From positions 416,001-480,000 of the forward strand of contig CAWGVS010000010.1 of NCBI GenBank assembly GCA_963826115.1: 64,000 nucleotides of DNA. The letters run 5' to 3'. This document shows, one piece after another, positions 48,658 to 58,832 of the stretch. The first letter of the stretch is position 1. Every line of letters begins with the position of its first letter. This stretch comes from an uncultured Candidatus Rokubacteria bacterium. GTDB lineage: Bacteria > Methylomirabilota > Methylomirabilia > Rokubacteriales > DASRDR01. The notes under the pieces were generated by a model, which did not search any database, was not told the DNA's origin, and was given only the letters and a program-made list of their open reading frames with translations. The translations under genes and the position numbers were made by a program.

Positions 48658-49302
48658 ATGCGAGGATTTCGACGCACGAGTCTGGGGGTTGCGATCGTCG
48701 CCCTCGGACTCGTTCTCAGCACGGCCCGCCCGGTGGCGGCCGAGTGGTTCCTGGACGTCTACGGCGGCGTCTCGATAACCGACGACGCCGACGTCACGGT
48801 CCGTGACGGCCGGACGGTCGACGACAAGGTGAAGTTCGACGACGAGGGGATGGGCGGCGGGCGCCTGGGCTTCTACCTCGAGGGCCTGCGGTGGCTGGGC
48901 TTCGCGGCCGACGTGTCCTACTTCGCCCCGGCGGGCCAGGGCACCACTGTCGAGACGCGCCTGGAGGTCGTGCCGATCTCGGCCCTGGTGATGTTCCGGC
49001 TCCCGCTCTTCGACGGCCCGGGGTTTCCGAACGGCCGGCTCCAGCCCTACCTCGGTGCGGGGCCGGGGATCTTCCTCACCAGCGTGAAGGTTGACGTCCC
49101 GGGGGCCGGGGAGCAGCATTCCGACTGGCAGGTGGAGATCGGGGCGGACGCGCGGGCCGGCCTCGCGTTCCTGTTCACTCCCGGATTCGGCATGTTCGTC
49201 GAGGGACGCTACACGCTGTTCAGCACGAATCCGGGCGGCGGGAGCACGGATCTCGACGTCCAGACCCTTCACGTGATGGGCGGGTTCACCTTCCGCTGGT
49301 AG
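48658..49302 (+). CDS. Outer membrane beta-barrel protein (OmpA/OmpW-like 8-strand)
   Basis: Signal peptide; 'LQPYLGAGPG', 'FVEGRY', C-terminal 'GFTFRW'. Confidence 0.85.
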   Translation: MRGFRRTSLGVAIVALGLVLSTARPVAAEWFLDVYGGVSITDDADVTVRDGRTVDDKVKFDDEGMGGGRLGFYLEGLRWLGFAADVSYFAPAGQGTTVETRLEVVPISALVMFRLPLFDGPGFPNGRLQPYLGAGPGIFLTSVKVDVPGAGEQHSDWQVEIGADARAGLAFLFTPGFGMFVEGRYTLFSTNPGGGSTDLDVQTLHVMGGFTFRW

Positions 49303-49326
49303 GGCGGGCGCGCAAGCGCGCCCGCG

Positions 49327-51693
49327 GTGAGGATGGCGATGACGCTGAAGGTCACGCGGGCGACACGCTGGTCGGCCATCGCGACGCTCCTGTTCCTCGG
49401 GATCCAGCTCTCGCTGCCCACGGCGTGGGGGCAGGCCCCGTCGATGCCGGCGACCGGCGCGCCGGCGTCGAAGGCGGCCGGTTCGCCGAGCGCGCCCCCC
49501 GCGAAGGCCGCTCCGCCGGCTGCCGCGCCCGCTCCGTCCGGCGCCGGGAAGACCGCGCCGGCGGGTTCGAGCCAGGGCTCCGCCACCGCGCCCTGGCCCC
49601 GGGAATCCACGGAGGACGGCCGCACCTACACCGTGTACCAGCCGCAGATCGAGAAGTGGGACGGCACGCGGCTCCACGCCCGGGCGGCGGTCTCCGTCGA
49701 GAACGCCGCCTCGCCCCTCCAGCATTTCGGGGTCGTGTGGTTCTCGGCGCGCGCCGAGGTCGACAAGGCCAACCGTCTCGTGGCCCTCAGCGAGTTCCGC
49801 ATCGACAAGTTCGCCTTTCCGTCGGAGCCCGACCGGGCGGCGGACTACCAGAAGGTGCTCGAGCGACACCTGCCCCGGGACGTGTCGCGGATCTCGCTCG
49901 ACCGGGTCCAGGCCGCGCTCGCGGTCACCGAGGCCCAGGTCAGCAAGGCCGCGCCCCAGCCGGTCAAGAACGAGCCGCCCCGCATCATTGTCAGCACGAC
50001 GCCGGCGGTCCTGGTGCTGGTGGACGGCAAGCCCGTCCTGCGCCCGGTCGATGGCTCGAGCCTCCTCCGGGTCGTCAACACGTGGGCGCTGATCCTCGTC
50101 GACCAGCAGGCCAACAAGCACTACCTGCGGGCCCTCGGACGGTGGTTCGAGGCGAGCGGCCTCGACGGGCCCTGGAGCGTGGTCGCCCGGCCGCCTGCCG
50201 GGATCGACGCTGCGATGCAGACCGTGGCCAAGGGGCAGCAGCGCCTGAACCTCCTGGACGATCCCGGCCCCGGGATCAAGGACGCCGCGGCGCGGGGGGT
50301 CTTCCCGACCATCTACGTCAGCGGCGTGCCGACCGAGCTGGTCCAGACCGAAGGTCGCCCGGACTACGAGCCCATCGAGGGCACGAACCTCCTGCACGTC
50401 CGGAACTCGTCGACGGGCGTCATCCTCGACCTCGGGGACCAGCGGCACTACGTCCTCCTGTCGGGACGGTGGTTCCGGAGCGCGTCCGTGACCGAGGGGC
50501 CGTGGGAGTACGTGCCCCACGACAAGCTGCCCCCGGACTTCGCGAAGATCCCCGTGACGCACCCGAAGGGCGCGGTCCTCGCGTCCGTCGCGGGGACGCC
50601 CCAGGCCCAGGAGGCCCTGATCGACAACAGCATTCCCCAGACCGCCGAGGTGAGCCGGTCGACCGCCACCTACCGCGCGGTCTACGACGGGGCGCCGAAG
50701 TTCCAGGCCATCGAGGGCACGTCTCTCCAGTACGCGGCGAACACGGCGGACCCGGTCATCCAGGTCGACCCGAAGAGCTACTACGCCTTGAAGGACGGCG
50801 TGTGGTTCGTCGCCACCGCGCCGGCCGGGCCGTGGGCGGTCGCCACGACCGTCCCCGCCGCGATCTACTCGATTCCCGTCTCCTCGCCGCTGCACTACGT
50901 GACCTACGTGCAGGTCTACGGCGCCACCCCGCAGACCGTCTACGTCGGGTACACGCCGGGCTACTACGGGACCGTCGTCGCCCCGAGCTCCGTGGTCGTG
51001 TACGGGACCGGCTACGTGTACCCCCCGGTGTACGTCGGCGCGTACTGGTATCCGCCACCCCCGACGTACGGGTACGGCGCCGGCTTCGGGTGGGGCGCGG
51101 TGACGGGCTTCGCGTTCGGCGCGGCGACCGCCGCGGTCTGGGGCGGCGCCTGGGGCTGCTGCGGCTACGACGACGTGGACATCGACCGGACCGTCAACAT
51201 CAACCGGAACGACGCCTACAACCGCTGGAACCAGAACCAGGTGCGGTCCAACCTCGAGAGCCGCGCGCAGTCGCTCACCCCGGAGCAGCGCCAGCAGGCC
51301 CAGCAGCGGGCGCAGTCCCGCGCCCAGGGCGCGACGCCCGAGCAGCGCCAGCGCGCTCAGCAAGCCGTGCAGGACCGCGGCGGGGCGGCGCGGTCCAATG
51401 ACGTCTACGCCGGCCGCGACGGCAACACCTACCGCCGGGGCGCCGAGGGCTGGGAGCAGAACTCCGGCAAGGGCTGGGACCGGGCCAGCTTCGGCCAGGG
51501 CGGGGAGTCGGCCGCCGACTTGAACCGCCAGCAGCAGGGGCGAAGCGTGGGCGCGGCCCGCGAGTCGTCCACCCAGCGCGGCGGGGGCGGCGGCTCGTAC
51601 AGTGGCGGCGGGACGCGGTCGGGCGGCGGCGGGGGCGGCGGCGCGCGGTCGGGCGGCGGGGGCCGCGGCGGAGGCGGCGGGCGCCGGCGCTGA
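49327..51693 (+). CDS. Large exported Pro/Tyr/Trp/Gly-rich protein of unknown function (copy 2)
   Basis: Paralog of 18761..21218; signal peptide; Gln/Arg repeat and Gly-rich tail. Confidence 0.85.
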   Translation: MRMAMTLKVTRATRWSAIATLLFLGIQLSLPTAWGQAPSMPATGAPASKAAGSPSAPPAKAAPPAAAPAPSGAGKTAPAGSSQGSATAPWPRESTEDGRTYTVYQPQIEKWDGTRLHARAAVSVENAASPLQHFGVVWFSARAEVDKANRLVALSEFRIDKFAFPSEPDRAADYQKVLERHLPRDVSRISLDRVQAALAVTEAQVSKAAPQPVKNEPPRIIVSTTPAVLVLVDGKPVLRPVDGSSLLRVVNTWALILVDQQANKHYLRALGRWFEASGLDGPWSVVARPPAGIDAAMQTVAKGQQRLNLLDDPGPGIKDAAARGVFPTIYVSGVPTELVQTEGRPDYEPIEGTNLLHVRNSSTGVILDLGDQRHYVLLSGRWFRSASVTEGPWEYVPHDKLPPDFAKIPVTHPKGAVLASVAGTPQAQEALIDNSIPQTAEVSRSTATYRAVYDGAPKFQAIEGTSLQYAANTADPVIQVDPKSYYALKDGVWFVATAPAGPWAVATTVPAAIYSIPVSSPLHYVTYVQVYGATPQTVYVGYTPGYYGTVVAPSSVVVYGTGYVYPPVYVGAYWYPPPPTYGYGAGFGWGAVTGFAFGAATAAVWGGAWGCCGYDDVDIDRTVNINRNDAYNRWNQNQVRSNLESRAQSLTPEQRQQAQQRAQSRAQGATPEQRQRAQQAVQDRGGAARSNDVYAGRDGNTYRRGAEGWEQNSGKGWDRASFGQGGESAADLNRQQQGRSVGAARESSTQRGGGGGSYSGGGTRSGGGGGGGARSGGGGRGGGGGRRR

Positions 51694-51704
51694 CCCGCGG
51701 TCGG

Positions 51705-53855
51705 CTACGACCGGCGCGGGCGCGTGATCCCGAGCTTCCGCATGCGGTTCCGCAGCGTGCTCGGGTTCAGCCCGAGGCGGTCGGCGGCCTGACCGCGGCC
51801 CTCGATCGTCCACCCGCAGCGCTCGAGCACCTGGACGATGTGCGCCCGCTCGGTGTCCTGGAGCGTCTCGGTCGAGCGGCGGCGCTCGCCGCTGTCCCGG
51901 TCGGTCGCGGCGGCTCCCAGCGCTTCCTCGACGCGGAGGACGGGGCCCGGCGAGAGGATCATGGCCCGCTCGATCACGTTCTGGAGCTCGCGGACGTTGC
52001 CGGGCCAGTCGTAGGCCTCCAGGCGGGCCATCGTGGCCTTGGGGATCCTTGTGATCCGCCGGTTCAGGGCCCGCTGGCGTGACTGGATGAAGTGCCAGAC
52101 GAGGGGCGCGATGTCCTCCCGGCGGTCCCGGAGCGGCGGCAGCTCGATCGGGAAGACGCTCAGGCGGTAGTAGAGGTCCGACCGGAACCGACCCTCGCGC
52201 TCCTCCCGGCGAAGCTCGCGGTTCGTGGCCGCCACGATGCGGACGTCGACCTTGCGCGATGCGGTCGAGCCGAGCCGCTGGATCTCGCCGTCCTCGAGCA
52301 CCCGGAGGAGCTTCGCCTGGAGGGCAGGCTCCAGCTCCCCGAGCTCGTCGAGGAGGAGGGTCCCCTGGTCCGCGAGCTCGAACCGCCCGAGCTTCGCGTG
52401 GGTTGCGCCGGTGAAGGCGCCCTTCTCGTGCCCGAAGAGCTCGCTCTCGATGAGCGTGGCGGGCAGGGCCGCGCAGTTGATCGCGACGAACGGGCCGGCG
52501 CGCCGGCGGCTCTGTGCGTGAAGCGCGCGGGCGATGAGCTCCTTGCCGGTGCCGGTCTCCCCCAGGAGCAGGACGGGCGCGGTGGTGTCGGCCACCTGGC
52601 GGACCTTCCCGAGCGCCGACCGGAGGACGGGGCTCTGGCCGACGATGTCGCCGAAGTCGTTCGCCTCGACGAGCTCCGCCTGGAGGTAGACGTTCTCGGC
52701 GGCCAGCCGCTCGCGGAGCCGCTCGTTCTCCGCCAGCGCCGCGCGGAGAGCGAGGTCGGTGTCCCGCCGGCCGAGGGCGCTCGCGATGATCTCGCCGAGC
52801 AGCCGCAGGCGCGCCACGAGATCCGGCGACCACCGCTGCTCTCGCGTGGATGTCGCGAACATCAGCTCGCCGATGACCCGGTCCTCGTTGACCATCGGGG
52901 CGAGGGCGCCCGAGATGACTCCGTTCCGCTCGAGCGTGGCGCGGTCTCGGGCGGCCTCAGGGGGCAGCTCGTCCAGCCGCGTCAGGGCCACGAGCTCGCG
53001 CGCGTCGAACACCCGGGAGAGCAGCCACGGGAACGCGTCCAGCGTGTCGGTGCGGGGCGGGCCGCTCACGCCCTCGCGCACCCACAGGTGAGTGCGGACC
53101 AAGAGCTCGGTCTCCACGTCTCGCTGGATGACGGCAGCCCGATCCGCGCCGAGCAGCTCCCCGAGGGTTCGCAGCGTCGTCGTGATCTGGTCATCGATCT
53201 GGTCCGCCGGCACCCGCATCAGGCTCGCCGACTGCCCTGCGACGATCTGGTCGAACTCGATGGCCTGTCGGAGGGCGCGCTCGGCTTCCTGGCGGCCGAC
53301 GGCGCTCGCCAGGATCCCGCCGACAAGCCGGAGGCGAGCGACCAGATCCGGCGACCACCGCTGCTCCCGGAGGGCCGTCGCACAGGAGATGATGCCCACG
53401 ACTCGGTCGTCGACCACCATCGGCGCGAGCGCGCAGGAGGCGACGACGTTCCGCTCGAGCGACCTGCGGTCCTGCGCGGCCTCCGGCGGGAGCTCGTCGA
53501 GCCGCGTCAGCGCGATGACCTCCCGGGCCTCGTAGAGCCGCGTGGTCATCCACGGGAACGCCTGGATCGAGTCAACCGTCGGCGGGGAGGGCGTGCCCGT
53601 CCGTACCCACTGGTGAGTCCGGGTCAGGCGCTCGGGAGGATCGACCCGGAAGACGCTCACCCGGTCGGCCCCCAGGAGCTCCCCGACGGTCTCCAGCGCC
53701 TGGACGATGTGGGCGTCGATGGCCTCGACCGGCACGTGTATCAAGGTCGCCGCGATCGTGGCGACCGCCTGGTCGAACTCGATGGCCTGCTGGAGGGCCT
53801 GGTCGGTGTCCGTGGGCGCACCGGGCGGTGACGACAGGTTCCGGATCGAGCGCAG
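51705..53855 (-). CDS. sigma54-dependent enhancer-binding protein (FhlA-like; two GAF-like domains, AAA+, Fis HTH)
   Basis: 'GETGTGKE', '[15 protein letters not shown]', '[10 protein letters not shown]', HTH '[21 protein letters not shown]'. Start uncertain: TTG 53744 or CTG 53855 after GAGAGGGG. Confidence 0.9.
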   Translation of the reverse strand: MRSIRNLSSPPGAPTDTDQALQQAIEFDQAVATIAATLIHVPVEAIDAHIVQALETVGELLGADRVSVFRVDPPERLTRTHQWVRTGTPSPPTVDSIQAFPWMTTRLYEAREVIALTRLDELPPEAAQDRRSLERNVVASCALAPMVVDDRVVGIISCATALREQRWSPDLVARLRLVGGILASAVGRQEAERALRQAIEFDQIVAGQSASLMRVPADQIDDQITTTLRTLGELLGADRAAVIQRDVETELLVRTHLWVREGVSGPPRTDTLDAFPWLLSRVFDARELVALTRLDELPPEAARDRATLERNGVISGALAPMVNEDRVIGELMFATSTREQRWSPDLVARLRLLGEIIASALGRRDTDLALRAALAENERLRERLAAENVYLQAELVEANDFGDIVGQSPVLRSALGKVRQVADTTAPVLLLGETGTGKELIARALHAQSRRRAGPFVAINCAALPATLIESELFGHEKGAFTGATHAKLGRFELADQGTLLLDELGELEPALQAKLLRVLEDGEIQRLGSTASRKVDVRIVAATNRELRREEREGRFRSDLYYRLSVFPIELPPLRDRREDIAPLVWHFIQSRQRALNRRITRIPKATMARLEAYDWPGNVRELQNVIERAMILSPGPVLRVEEALGAAATDRDSGERRRSTETLQDTERAHIVQVLERCGWTIEGRGQAADRLGLNPSTLRNRMRKLGITRPRRS

Positions 53856-54158
53856 GTTGCGTACCCCTCTCGGTGTTGGTATGCGACGCCCGCCTCGTGT
53901 AGGTCCCCCGGCGGCACGGGCAGTATGGCATTATCCCGCGGGGCTTTCCAGATCGTGCCCGATGTCGTCGACATCGGGCCGCCGCATGTGGCGGCGGACC
54001 ATCATCGGTGGCGGGCACGAGGCGGGGGTCGAGTCTCGGGTCCGGTGGGTTTCCATTGTGTTGTCACTGGTTTCCGGCTCGGCCAGCCCGGTGGAACGCT
54101 TCTTGCCCTCGGTACGCGCGGGCGAACGGATGCGCTCGTCGAGGGGAGGTCCGGCCAG

Positions 54159-54503
54159 ATGGGATTCCGGTTGATCATGTGCGAGTCGGCCGACCTGACG
54201 ACCATCCGGGCCGTCGGGCGTCTCCGCGACGACGCCGTGGCGCTCCTCGGCGACACCTGCGGCGGGGCCAGGCGCCCTCTCGTCCTGGACCTCAGCGAGC
54301 TCACGGGCGCCGGCGAGGCCGGCGTGCTCCTGCTCGCCCGACTCAAAGGCGAGGGGGTGCACCTCCTGGGGGCGTCTCCCTATGTTAGGCTCCTGCTGGA
54401 CCGCACGGCGGGGACGGCGAGCTCACCCGTCTCTCGCAGGCGCGGCAGCTCGCGGTCCCCGGGCGGGTCTCGGACCGCCGCCCGCGGGAAGCCCCGCCCA
54501 TGA
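54159..54503 (+). CDS. STAS-like (anti-anti-sigma-like) small protein
   Basis: 'TTIRAVGRL...LVLDLSELTGAGEAGVLLL...LLGASPYVRLLL'; GGAGG RBS. Confidence 0.65.
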   Translation: MGFRLIMCESADLTTIRAVGRLRDDAVALLGDTCGGARRPLVLDLSELTGAGEAGVLLLARLKGEGVHLLGASPYVRLLLDRTAGTASSPVSRRRGSSRSPGGSRTAARGKPRP

Positions 54504-54617
54504 CGGTTCCTCCGGAGATGGGGGCATGCGCGTCTCGGCCGGGGCAGGGCTGCCCCGCAGGGGCGCGACCGAGCGTGTCCGACGGCCGTGATTCCGCGAA
54601 GTCCGGCGCGTGATCGA

Positions 54618-54632
54618 TGGCACTGCGATTGC
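54618..54632 (+). promoter_or_regulatory. sigma54 (-24/-12) promoter
   Basis: TGGCAC-TGCGA-TTGC, exact consensus, ~50 nt upstream of the porin ATG. Confidence 0.78.
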
Positions 54633-54679
54633 TCTCGTGGAGACGGGACCCCCGTTTCCGCGAGCCCGGAGGTGAGAGG

Positions 54680-56008
54680 ATGACGGCCACGAGCCGCTCG
54701 AAACTGGTAGCCGTGCTCTTCGCGCTCGGCGCGATGACGTGGGCGGGATCGGCCGCCGCCGAGGACGATCCGCCACCGCCACCCAGTCCCCCGCTGGAGC
54801 GCCTCTTCGCCCCTGTCAAGGAGGCGATGAAGGATCTGCCGCCCGTCCTGCGGGACACCGACCTGAAGATCCACTTCCGCACGTACTACCTCACCCGCGA
54901 GAGCCCCGCCGGCGTCGAGAACGAGGCGTGGGCGTTCGGGGGATGGCTCTCCTACCGATCCGGCTGGCTTTTCGACATGTTCGGCGTCGGCGCCACGTTC
55001 TACGGTTCGGCGCCCCTCTACGCGCCCGACGAGAAGGATGGCACGACCCTCCTCAAGACCGGGCAGGACGGCTACTACGTCGTCGGCGAGGCCTACGCGG
55101 CCCTCCGGTACCTGGACTACGTGCTGGCCAAGGGCTACCGGCAGGAGGTCACCCAGGGCTACATCAACCGCGAAGACAACCGGATGACGCCGAACACCTT
55201 CGAGGGCCTCACGGTCGGCGGAAAAGTGGGGCCGGTCGAGTACCTTGGCGGGTACCTCTGGAAGATGAAGGCCCGGAACTCCGACGACTTCCTGTCGATG
55301 GCCGAGCAGGCGGGCGCGCCGGCGGGCAACGACGACGGCGTCGCCATGTTCGGGGTGAGGATCAAGCCCATCCCGGGCCTCATGCTCGAGCTCAACGAGC
55401 AGTACGGGTTCAACACGTTCAACACGATCTGGGCCCTCGCCGAGTACGCGCACAAGCTCTCGGACGACCTGAACCTCGTCTTCGGCGGCCAGTTCACCGA
55501 TCAGCGGGCGGTGGGCGACAAGCTCCTGACGAACGCGGCGACCCAGGACTGGGACACCTACAACGTGAGCCTCAAGGCGGCGGTGGGCTGGAAGGATCTG
55601 ACCGTTTCCGTCCTGGGGCAGGTGACCGGCGACGGGAACACGGCCCAGGCGCCGTGGGGGAGCTACCCCGGCTACCTCTCGCTGATCCAGGAGGACTTCC
55701 AGCGGGCGAACGAGAAGGCGGTGGGCGTCGGCGTGGCCTACGACTTCTCGAAGTTCGTCACGCCGGGCCTCAGCGCCTTCGCGACCATCGGCTGGGGCTG
55801 GGACGCGATCGACCCGAAGACCCGGGCGAACGCGCCGGACCAGACCGAGTACGACCTCACCGTCGACTACCGGCCGCCCTTCAAGACGCCCGCGTTCCTG
55901 CAGGGCATGTGGCTCCGCGTGCGCGGCGTCATCCTGGACCAGCAGGGCGCCGACCAGCTCGGCTGGCAGGTCCGCCTGATCCTCAACTGGGAACGCGACC
56001 TGCTCTGA
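54680..56008 (+). CDS. OprD/Occ-family outer membrane porin
   Basis: Signal peptide; 'LSYRSGW', 'DNRMTPNTFEG', 'DFQRANEKA', 'EYDLTVDY', 'RLILNW'. Confidence 0.8.
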   Translation: MTATSRSKLVAVLFALGAMTWAGSAAAEDDPPPPPSPPLERLFAPVKEAMKDLPPVLRDTDLKIHFRTYYLTRESPAGVENEAWAFGGWLSYRSGWLFDMFGVGATFYGSAPLYAPDEKDGTTLLKTGQDGYYVVGEAYAALRYLDYVLAKGYRQEVTQGYINREDNRMTPNTFEGLTVGGKVGPVEYLGGYLWKMKARNSDDFLSMAEQAGAPAGNDDGVAMFGVRIKPIPGLMLELNEQYGFNTFNTIWALAEYAHKLSDDLNLVFGGQFTDQRAVGDKLLTNAATQDWDTYNVSLKAAVGWKDLTVSVLGQVTGDGNTAQAPWGSYPGYLSLIQEDFQRANEKAVGVGVAYDFSKFVTPGLSAFATIGWGWDAIDPKTRANAPDQTEYDLTVDYRPPFKTPAFLQGMWLRVRGVILDQQGADQLGWQVRLILNWERDLL

Positions 56009-56047
56009 GATCCCAACAAGTCGCCATTGCGATCGGGAGAGTGACTC

Positions 56048-58801
56048 ATGACTGATACCACCCGGGCCGTGGACCTTCGCGCCTTCTTCTCCGCCTCGGA
56101 GGCACGCATCGACCGGTGGCGGACGCTGAACCGCGTCGCCAAGGCGCTCGCCGGCGGTGGGGTCTCGCCGGCGGGGGGGCATGCGGGGGACCCGAAGGCG
56201 CTCCTGGCCGAGCTCGCGCCGCTCGAGGCGCTGTGCGGCTACCCCGGGCCCCGCCTGATGAGCCTGGTGCACGAGCGCCTGCAGACCGGGGACTTCACCG
56301 GATTCTCGCGCCTGGTCCAGCGGATCAGCGGCGCGCTCCTCAGCAACAGCTACCGGGACGACCCGGAGTCGTGGAAGGCGGACGAGGAGGGCGAGGCGCA
56401 CTTGCCCGACGTCCTGCCGCCGACGCTGGGCCGGGGCCAGAGCCGCCGGCCGTACTTCGAGCTCCTCATCGTCTCGCCCGCGGAGCACTCCGCGTGGCCG
56501 GAGATCCGGGAGACGTTCCGCCGCCTGCGACGGGTCGAGGACGATTTCCTGTACGAGCCCGTCGTCGTCGGAAGCTTCGAGGACGCGGTCCTGGCCGTGG
56601 TCTTCAACGCGAACCTCCAGGCGGTCGTGATCAGCGACGGATTCGGCTACCCCTCGCAGCACACGATGCCGGTTCTGCGGGAGATCCTCACCCGTCAGGT
56701 GCAGGTCGCCGAGTCCGCGCGCAGCGGCGACCTCGGGACGCTCCTGGCCCAGATGGTCAAGCGGTGGCGCCCGGAGCTCGACGTCTACCTGACGACCGAC
56801 CGCGACGTCGCCGCGCTCGCGGGCTCCGACGATGCGGCGCCGATCCGGCGAATCTTCTACGGGGTCGAGGAGCCGATGGAGATCCACCTGGCGGTCCTCG
56901 ACGGCGTGCAGGACCGCTACGAGACGCCCTACTTCAACAATCTCAAGAAGTACGCCGAGCGTCCGATCGGCACGTTCCACGCGCTCCCGATCGCCCGCGG
57001 GAAGTCGATCTTCAAGTCGAACTGGATCCGCGACATGGGCGAGTTCTACGGGATCAACCTCTTCCTCGCCGAGTCCTCGGCGACCACCGGGGGCCTCGAC
57101 AGCCTGCTCGAGCCGACGGGCAACATCAAGGTCGCGCAGGACAAGGCCGCCCGCGCGCTGGGCGGGGACCGCAGCTTCTTCGTCACGAACGGCACGTCCA
57201 CGTCGAACAAGATCGTCCACCAGGCGCTCCTCCGGCCGGGCGACATCGTCCTGATCGACCGGGACTGCCACAAGTCGCACCACTACGGGCTCGTGCTCGC
57301 TGGCGCCCAGCCGCTGTACATCGACGCCTTCCCGCTCACGCAGTACTCGATGTACGGGAGCCTCGCCATCAAGCCGCTCAAGAAGGCGCTCCTCCAGCTG
57401 AAGGCGGAGGGCAAGCTCGACCGCGCGAAGCTGGTGGTCCTGACGAACTGCACGTTCGACGGCCACGTCGCGAACGTGAAGCGCACCATGCTGGAGTGTC
57501 TTGCCATCAAGCCGGACCTCATCTTCCTCTGGGACGAGGCGTGGTTCGGGTTCGCGCGCTTCTCACCGTTCCTCCGGCGACGCACCGGTATGGGCGCGGC
57601 CGCGGCAATCCGCGAGCTGATGCAGAGCCCCGAGTACCGGAAGCGCTACGAGGCGTTCAAGGCCAGTGCGGGCAAGCTCGACCCGAAGGACCCGAAGCTC
57701 GTGGACATGGAGCTCCTGCCGGATCCGGACAAGGTGCGCGTCCGCGTCTACGAGACCGACTCAGTGCACAAGTCGATGTCCTCGCTCCGTCAGGGCTCGA
57801 TCATCGTGGTCGCGGACCAGGACTTCCACACGGTCGAGCCGTCCTTCAAGGAGGCGTTCTTCACCCACACCTCGACCTCGCCCAACCTCCAGATCATCGC
57901 GTCGCTCGACGTGGCGCGGCGGCAGATGGAACTGGAGGGCTACGAGCTGGTCGGGCGGGCCATCCAGCTGGCGCTCGAGATCCGGCGACAGGTCAACGCG
58001 CACCCGCTCATCTCGAAGTACTTCCGCATCGCCACGCCGGCCGAGATGATCCCCGCGGAGTACCGGAAGTCGGGCTTCACCGACTGGGGCGCGCCGGGCT
58101 GGACGATGAACGACACGATGGGGGCGCTGGACAACGACGAGTTCTACCTCGACCCGACCCGGATCACGCTCCTCTGCGGCGCCGCGGGGTACGACGGCTC
58201 CCAGTTCAAGGCGATCCTCGCCAGCGAGCACGACATCCAGATCAACAAGACCTCGCGCAACAGCGTGCTCGTTCAGATCAACATCAACAACACGCGGAGC
58301 GACCTGGCGCACCTCATCAAGGCGCTGGCGGACATGGCGCGGGGGATCGAGAAGCGGCTCGCCGAGGGGGGCGAGGAGGAGCGCGCGGTCTTCAAGGCGC
58401 GCGTGAAGTCGCTGGTCGAGGACGTGCCCGACTTGCCAGACTTCCAGCGCTTCCACGACGCCTTCCGCGACGACCCGAAGGGGCAGACCCAGGAAGGGCA
58501 CATGCGCGAGGCGTACTACATGGCGTACGATGCCGCCAACATCGAGCACGTCAAGCTGAACAGTAAGGAGATCGACGAGCGGCTCGCGAAGGGCCCGGAG
58601 CTTGTCTCCGCGAAGTTCGTGATCCCGTACCCGCCGGGCTTCCCGATCATGGTGCCCGGCCAGGTCGTCACGAAGGAGATCATCACGTTCATGCGGAAGC
58701 TCGACGTGAAGGAGATCCACGGCTACAACGCCGGCAAGGGACTCGAGCTCCTGAAGCCCGACGCGCTGGCCAAGCACCGAACGAAGGCCTCCGGGCGCTA
58801 G
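56048..58801 (+). CDS. Orn/Lys/Arg decarboxylase family (fold-type I PLP)
   Basis: 'GLDSLLEPTG', 'FVTNGTSTSNK', 'DRDCHKSHHYG', 'WDEAWFG', PLP site 'DSVHK', 'TSTSP', 'IPYPPGFP'. Confidence 0.9.
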   Translation: MTDTTRAVDLRAFFSASEARIDRWRTLNRVAKALAGGGVSPAGGHAGDPKALLAELAPLEALCGYPGPRLMSLVHERLQTGDFTGFSRLVQRISGALLSNSYRDDPESWKADEEGEAHLPDVLPPTLGRGQSRRPYFELLIVSPAEHSAWPEIRETFRRLRRVEDDFLYEPVVVGSFEDAVLAVVFNANLQAVVISDGFGYPSQHTMPVLREILTRQVQVAESARSGDLGTLLAQMVKRWRPELDVYLTTDRDVAALAGSDDAAPIRRIFYGVEEPMEIHLAVLDGVQDRYETPYFNNLKKYAERPIGTFHALPIARGKSIFKSNWIRDMGEFYGINLFLAESSATTGGLDSLLEPTGNIKVAQDKAARALGGDRSFFVTNGTSTSNKIVHQALLRPGDIVLIDRDCHKSHHYGLVLAGAQPLYIDAFPLTQYSMYGSLAIKPLKKALLQLKAEGKLDRAKLVVLTNCTFDGHVANVKRTMLECLAIKPDLIFLWDEAWFGFARFSPFLRRRTGMGAAAAIRELMQSPEYRKRYEAFKASAGKLDPKDPKLVDMELLPDPDKVRVRVYETDSVHKSMSSLRQGSIIVVADQDFHTVEPSFKEAFFTHTSTSPNLQIIASLDVARRQMELEGYELVGRAIQLALEIRRQVNAHPLISKYFRIATPAEMIPAEYRKSGFTDWGAPGWTMNDTMGALDNDEFYLDPTRITLLCGAAGYDGSQFKAILASEHDIQINKTSRNSVLVQININNTRSDLAHLIKALADMARGIEKRLAEGGEEERAVFKARVKSLVEDVPDLPDFQRFHDAFRDDPKGQTQEGHMREAYYMAYDAANIEHVKLNSKEIDERLAKGPELVSAKFVIPYPPGFPIMVPGQVVTKEIITFMRKLDVKEIHGYNAGKGLELLKPDALAKHRTKASGR

Positions 58802-58832
58802 ACCCGAACCGGCCACGTAGACGGAGGGCACG

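Noticed and set aside
51570-51693. GGC-rich tandem repeats as CRISPR or VNTR
   Set aside because: They encode the Gly/Arg tail of the secreted protein; there is no repeat-spacer structure and no cas genes.
48490-52833. 1447-aa minus-strand ORF and similar long ORFs (2869..5367, 14360..17107, 25611..28016, 54380..57466)
   Set aside because: Antisense or alternate-frame shadows of real genes, rich in Arg/Gly/Pro/Ala, as expected at high GC.
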